Origin: a virus
Lineage: Duplodnaviria > Caudoviricetes
Reading direction: 5' to 3' (one strand)
DNA length: 37,713 bases
IMG/VR virus record: IMGVR_UViG_3300011339_000481
Location: 1 to 37,713 of that record
Below the pieces are notes generated by a model that did not search any database, was not told where the DNA came from, and saw only the letters and a program-made list of their open reading frames with translations. The position numbers were made by a program, and so were the translations under genes. This document shows, piece after piece, positions 33,971 through 37,713 of the stretch (the stretch's first letter is position 1; each line of letters opens with the position of its first letter).

Positions 33971-35317
33971 ATGGCAACAGCACTACAAATGGGTTTATTT
34001 GGAGGCATGGGTACTCCTGAAGAGATGCAACGACAGATGACTGAGCAAAAGGCTATGCAGTTTGCTACTATGTCTCCTCAACAACAAACATCCTATAACA
34101 TCTTTAAGAATACAACTAATCTAGGTCGTGGCTTAGCAGGTGCTATGGGTGTAGATGTACAAGATCCAGCTATTAAGAGAGCTACTATGCTCCGTCAGAT
34201 GGCTTCTCAGTATGATACTAATACACCTGAAGGTCTGAGACAAATGGCTCAAGCCTTACAAGGTACAGATCCTGAGCTTGGCTTTCAAGTCATGCAACGT
34301 GCTCAGGCTATGGATGAAGCAGCTCAGAAGCTACGTAAAGAAGAAGCTGATGTTAAATTGAAAGGTGCTCAGACAGTAAAGGCTGGGCAAGAAGCTCAAG
34401 AAATAGTTGATAAACAAGCAGCTAAAGGCGCTCGTGTTCAGATGTTGAAGGATGCAGGTCTAGGCGACTCTGAAGCTATTGGTATTGCTTCTAATGATAC
34501 AGCTTTTGCTAAGTATATTGAAACCAAGAAAGTACCCGTACCTTCTGAGTATGCTGTACAGGCGCAAAAGCTAGGCTATACAGCTAAACCTTACTTGAGT
34601 GATTACACACCTGAACAAGTTAAGCAGATGGAAAAAGGTGTCTTTGCATATAAAGCTGGTATTGCTCAAGCGGGTGCTACTGTTAATAAGCCTGTAGATG
34701 TAGCTTCGATTATTGCTGAGATTGGAACTAAGGAAAGCACTAAAGCTAAAGCAGAAGCTTGGAAGAATGCTGGCGATGCTTATAAGACACAAGTGCCAAT
34801 GATTGAGAAGCTTAAGGAAGTTAGGAATAATTTGCCAGCTACTTTCACAGGTTCTTTCTCAGAGACTGCACTGCAGTTTGGTAAAGCTTTGTCAGCCTTT
34901 GGTGTACCTGTTGATGAGAATAAGTTGTCTAATACTGAATACATGAATAGTGTCTCATCCCAAGTGCTTCAGACTATTGCTCGTAACTTTCCCGGTTCAC
35001 TGGCTGTTAAAGAGATGGATCAGTTGGTTAAGAGTAAGTTTAGCAGCCCACAGCAGATCAAGACTATTAGTCGTATCTTGAGTGATCTGCAAACTGAGAT
35101 TGAAGCTGGGACTAAGAGTTACGAACAACTGGCTAAGTTGCCTGAGACTGAGCGTTACTCTAAAGATCTGAATCTTTTGACAGGTCAGAACTTTACTAAA
35201 CTCAAGCGTTATCGTGCTCTTGAAGACAAAGGTAGAGCAGCCTTGAAGACAGGACAACCAATGACTAAAGATGAAGTTGTAGAAGCTCAGAAACTTCAAA
35301 AAGAACTAGGAGTTTAA
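33971..35317 (+). CDS. Internal virion/ejection protein (helical)
   Basis: AAGGAG RBS; position and composition. Confidence 0.65.
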   Translation: MATALQMGLFGGMGTPEEMQRQMTEQKAMQFATMSPQQQTSYNIFKNTTNLGRGLAGAMGVDVQDPAIKRATMLRQMASQYDTNTPEGLRQMAQALQGTDPELGFQVMQRAQAMDEAAQKLRKEEADVKLKGAQTVKAGQEAQEIVDKQAAKGARVQMLKDAGLGDSEAIGIASNDTAFAKYIETKKVPVPSEYAVQAQKLGYTAKPYLSDYTPEQVKQMEKGVFAYKAGIAQAGATVNKPVDVASIIAEIGTKESTKAKAEAWKNAGDAYKTQVPMIEKLKEVRNNLPATFTGSFSETALQFGKALSAFGVPVDENKLSNTEYMNSVSSQVLQTIARNFPGSLAVKEMDQLVKSKFSSPQQIKTISRILSDLQTEIEAGTKSYEQLAKLPETERYSKDLNLLTGQNFTKLKRYRALEDKGRAALKTGQPMTKDEVVEAQKLQKELGV

Positions 35318-35320
35318 TAT

Positions 35321-37195
35321 ATGGATTGGAGCACAGTGCCTGTTGAAGGCGAACAAATGCAAGCAGCTAATAAGTATCTTGCAGAACGTCAAGCTCAGCA
35401 GGAAACTGCTAAGTCTAATGAATTAACTTCTAAGTCTGTATTGAGTCCTGAGTATCGTCCTCGTAGTCCTCTAGGTGGTCAAGAGCTAGGTGGCTTAGCT
35501 GGTGGTATTGCAGGCCTTATTGCAGGTGCTCCCGGTGGCCCTCTTGCATCAGCTGGTTTAGGTACTCTAGGTGCTGGTATGGGTGGAGCTGCTGGAGAAG
35601 CTATAGAACAGTTTGTACGTGGTGAGCCCATGTCAGGTAATCGCCTCGCACAGGCTGGCTTTGAAGAGGCTGCTTGGGATGCTGCTGGTAACTTGGTACT
35701 CAAAGGAGCTGCTAAGACTATCCGCTTCGGGTCTGATAAGCTAGGCTTTACTAAGAAGGATATTCCAGATGCTAACAAAGCAGCTAATGACTTCCTTACT
35801 AAGTATGGTTCTTCCTTACCATTAGCAGCCCGTACAGGTAGTAGCATGGATGATGCTATTGAAGGTTTTGTCTATACACCTGCTACCTTTGACATCTTTA
35901 AAAAGAAACAACAAGAGATATCTGATGCTTTACAGACAGGTCAGAAGGATCTGTTAACCAGCTTTACCAAGACTCCTGAGTTTGAGCAAGCCCTTCGTAG
36001 CGGCTCATCAGCTCAGAAAGCTTCAGGTGAAGTCCTACAGAACTTTATTAAACAAGGTGAACAAGGTCTTAGTGAAGCTGTAGATCCTATCTATAAGAAT
36101 ATCTTTAAAGATACTGACTCACGTGTATCTATGTTTGGTGTTAGGCAGTGGGCACAGAAAGAACTGTCAGATCCAGCTAAGTTAACAGCAGGTCAAAGAA
36201 GTATCTTGAAAGAGATTGATACACTGCCTCCACAAGTAGATGTTAATCTTATTCATCAGCTTCGTTCACGCTGGCTTGCTGAGAACAGAGACAAGTATTC
36301 TAATGCTTTAGGTTCTGAAAAAGACTCTCGTGCATCGGCTACTATCAGTCAACTGGTAGATAAGTTTGATGAGGCGATGGACTTTGCTGCTAATCGTACA
36401 TTGAATCCACAGACTCTAGCTGAGTATAAGAGGGTAACTAAGACATATCGTGAAGGTATTCAAGGTTTACAGACAGACGCTATTCAACAAGCTATGTCTA
36501 AGAACCCTGAAGAGGTAGGTGCTTTCTTGTTTGCTTCTGGTAAGGAAACACCTATTGCCCAGCTTTATAAGTCTGTAGCGGCAGCAGGTACGTTATCTAA
36601 GAAGTCTTCTAAAGAAGTACTAGATTCTCTTCGTATTGGTTACTTAGACGCTTTAACTCACACACCTGAGAACATGCTTAAGTTTGCTAATGAACTTGAA
36701 CAGAATAAAGCTACACAGAATACATTTAAAGCTTTGTTTGGAGGCACACCTCAGTATAACGCTATCTTGGCTATGAATGAAGCTGCTAAGAAGGGTTTGG
36801 TATCTGTTGAAAGACAACCCGGACTGAACCTTCGTACTGGTGCTGCTGTAGCTAACATTGGTGCTCCTTTACTGGCTGTAGGAACTGGGTATGCTTTCCT
36901 GTTAAGCCCTGAACAGCAACAAAAGATTAAGGATAACTTTGTTGAAGCTACTGTATCTGGTGCTGGTCTGATTCTATCACAGCGTAAGTTAGCTAAAATC
37001 ATGGCTGATCCTAAAGGAGCTAAAGCATTAGGTTATCTGGCACAAGCTAGAGATAAACTTGGAAGCCCTACAGCTTTCACTAAGTTAGTTGTAGAGCCTT
37101 TAGCTAACTTCTTTGGGCCTTCTAATGAGTCTGGTGATACAGGTATGTTTGGTCAACCTACAGAAGTTAATTGGTCTACTATTCCAACTAAGTAA
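35321..37195 (+). CDS. Large internal virion/ejection protein with glycine zipper
   Basis: GGLAGGIAG...GAGMGGAAG segment; last large gene of the arm. Confidence 0.65.
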   Translation: MDWSTVPVEGEQMQAANKYLAERQAQQETAKSNELTSKSVLSPEYRPRSPLGGQELGGLAGGIAGLIAGAPGGPLASAGLGTLGAGMGGAAGEAIEQFVRGEPMSGNRLAQAGFEEAAWDAAGNLVLKGAAKTIRFGSDKLGFTKKDIPDANKAANDFLTKYGSSLPLAARTGSSMDDAIEGFVYTPATFDIFKKKQQEISDALQTGQKDLLTSFTKTPEFEQALRSGSSAQKASGEVLQNFIKQGEQGLSEAVDPIYKNIFKDTDSRVSMFGVRQWAQKELSDPAKLTAGQRSILKEIDTLPPQVDVNLIHQLRSRWLAENRDKYSNALGSEKDSRASATISQLVDKFDEAMDFAANRTLNPQTLAEYKRVTKTYREGIQGLQTDAIQQAMSKNPEEVGAFLFASGKETPIAQLYKSVAAAGTLSKKSSKEVLDSLRIGYLDALTHTPENMLKFANELEQNKATQNTFKALFGGTPQYNAILAMNEAAKKGLVSVERQPGLNLRTGAAVANIGAPLLAVGTGYAFLLSPEQQQKIKDNFVEATVSGAGLILSQRKLAKIMADPKGAKALGYLAQARDKLGSPTAFTKLVVEPLANFFGPSNESGDTGMFGQPTEVNWSTIPTK

Positions 37196-37713
37196 CCATG
37201 AGAAAGCTAATATATGCCCTACTAATCACAGGGCTGTTAGCTTCTGCACAGGCTCCTCCTACTAACTGTGCAAGGGAGTTCTACCTGATATCCCACTCTA
37301 TCCATAACCCTGCTGAGAGGCATCAACAACTTCTAAGGATACTTTCAATATATGAGTGCACTACTTATGAGTTGAATGATATCTGGAATAACTTAAGTAG
37401 TTGGGTAGGAGCTGCTGATAGTGCAGAATTAAGACAGAAACTTATTCACGAACACGCTAAAGCTACTCTGAGGGAGTCTAAGAAGTGATCGCCTCCTTAC
37501 ATAAATGGTATCCCTTTGTCTTCCCTGATACACACGATGTTAAGTCAATTGCTTTTGAGAAGAGAGTTGAGAGACTTGAATATGAATACAGAGAGGCAGT
37601 TAAAGCTCAGAAGATAAGGGATGCTATTGAGGAGCTAGCTTTAGAGTTATATAACAAAAGAGCTTATCAAAATACTGTTGAAATAGAAACTTTTAACAAT
37701 ACTAGGCACTTTG
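37193..37713. repeat. Right copy of the 521-bp terminal overlap
   Basis: Matches 1..521 with 13 substitutions. Confidence 0.97.
37198..37488 (+). CDS. Second (variant) copy of the signal-peptide protein at 6..296
   Basis: Identical except for S->A and Y->H. Confidence 0.75.
   Translation: MRKLIYALLITGLLASAQAPPTNCAREFYLISHSIHNPAERHQQLLRILSIYECTTYELNDIWNNLSSWVGAADSAELRQKLIHEHAKATLRESKK

Noticed and set aside
37193-37713. End repeat as the biological direct terminal repeat
   Set aside because: The copies differ at 13 sites and cut through a late operon mid-gene; an assembly overlap explains this better
1-37713. Prophage/temperate lifestyle, tRNA genes, stop-codon recoding, introns or inteins in pol, RNR or terminase
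   Set aside because: No integrase, repressor or host flanks; no cloverleaf seen in the few intergenic gaps; core genes are intact and of normal length in the standard code

Overview
The window is an apparently complete genome (unit length 37,192 bp) of a lytic podovirus-type phage. It is circularly permuted, with a 521-bp overlap at the two ends carrying 13 mismatches. The genome has two arms that converge on a bidirectional terminator at about 1.39-1.43 kb and diverge from a roughly 0.9-kb non-coding control region at 16.29-17.19 kb, which probably holds the physical termini. The minus arm carries small early genes led by a Gp88-like Cys-motif (radical-SAM-like) enzyme, then primase-helicase, family A DNA polymerase, SSB, 5'-3' exonuclease, T7 endonuclease I, a metallophosphoesterase, DUF3310, a B12-dependent class II ribonucleotide reductase and glutaredoxin. 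The plus arm carries terminase, portal, scaffold, capsid, a Pro-rich repeat protein, fibres, tail tube, ejection proteins, holin and an M15 endolysin. I saw no RNA polymerase, integrase, tRNA or CRISPR array; near-consensus sigma70 promoters drive both arms. The layout resembles Zobellviridae/cobavirus-type phages, and several cues suggest a Burkholderiales host (both inference). The most unusual signals are non-coding: (1) two homologous promoter-linked elements 4.3 kb apart that share an exact 25-bp sequence in opposite orientation; (2) tandem palindromes resembling the host TCA-cycle regulator SdhR box, plus an OmpR/PhoB-type repeat, in front of the first early gene; (3) apparent genome-wide CCWGG avoidance; (4) strong AAGCTT/TTGCAA enrichment in the early region. 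All assignments come from reading motifs by eye; no searches were run.
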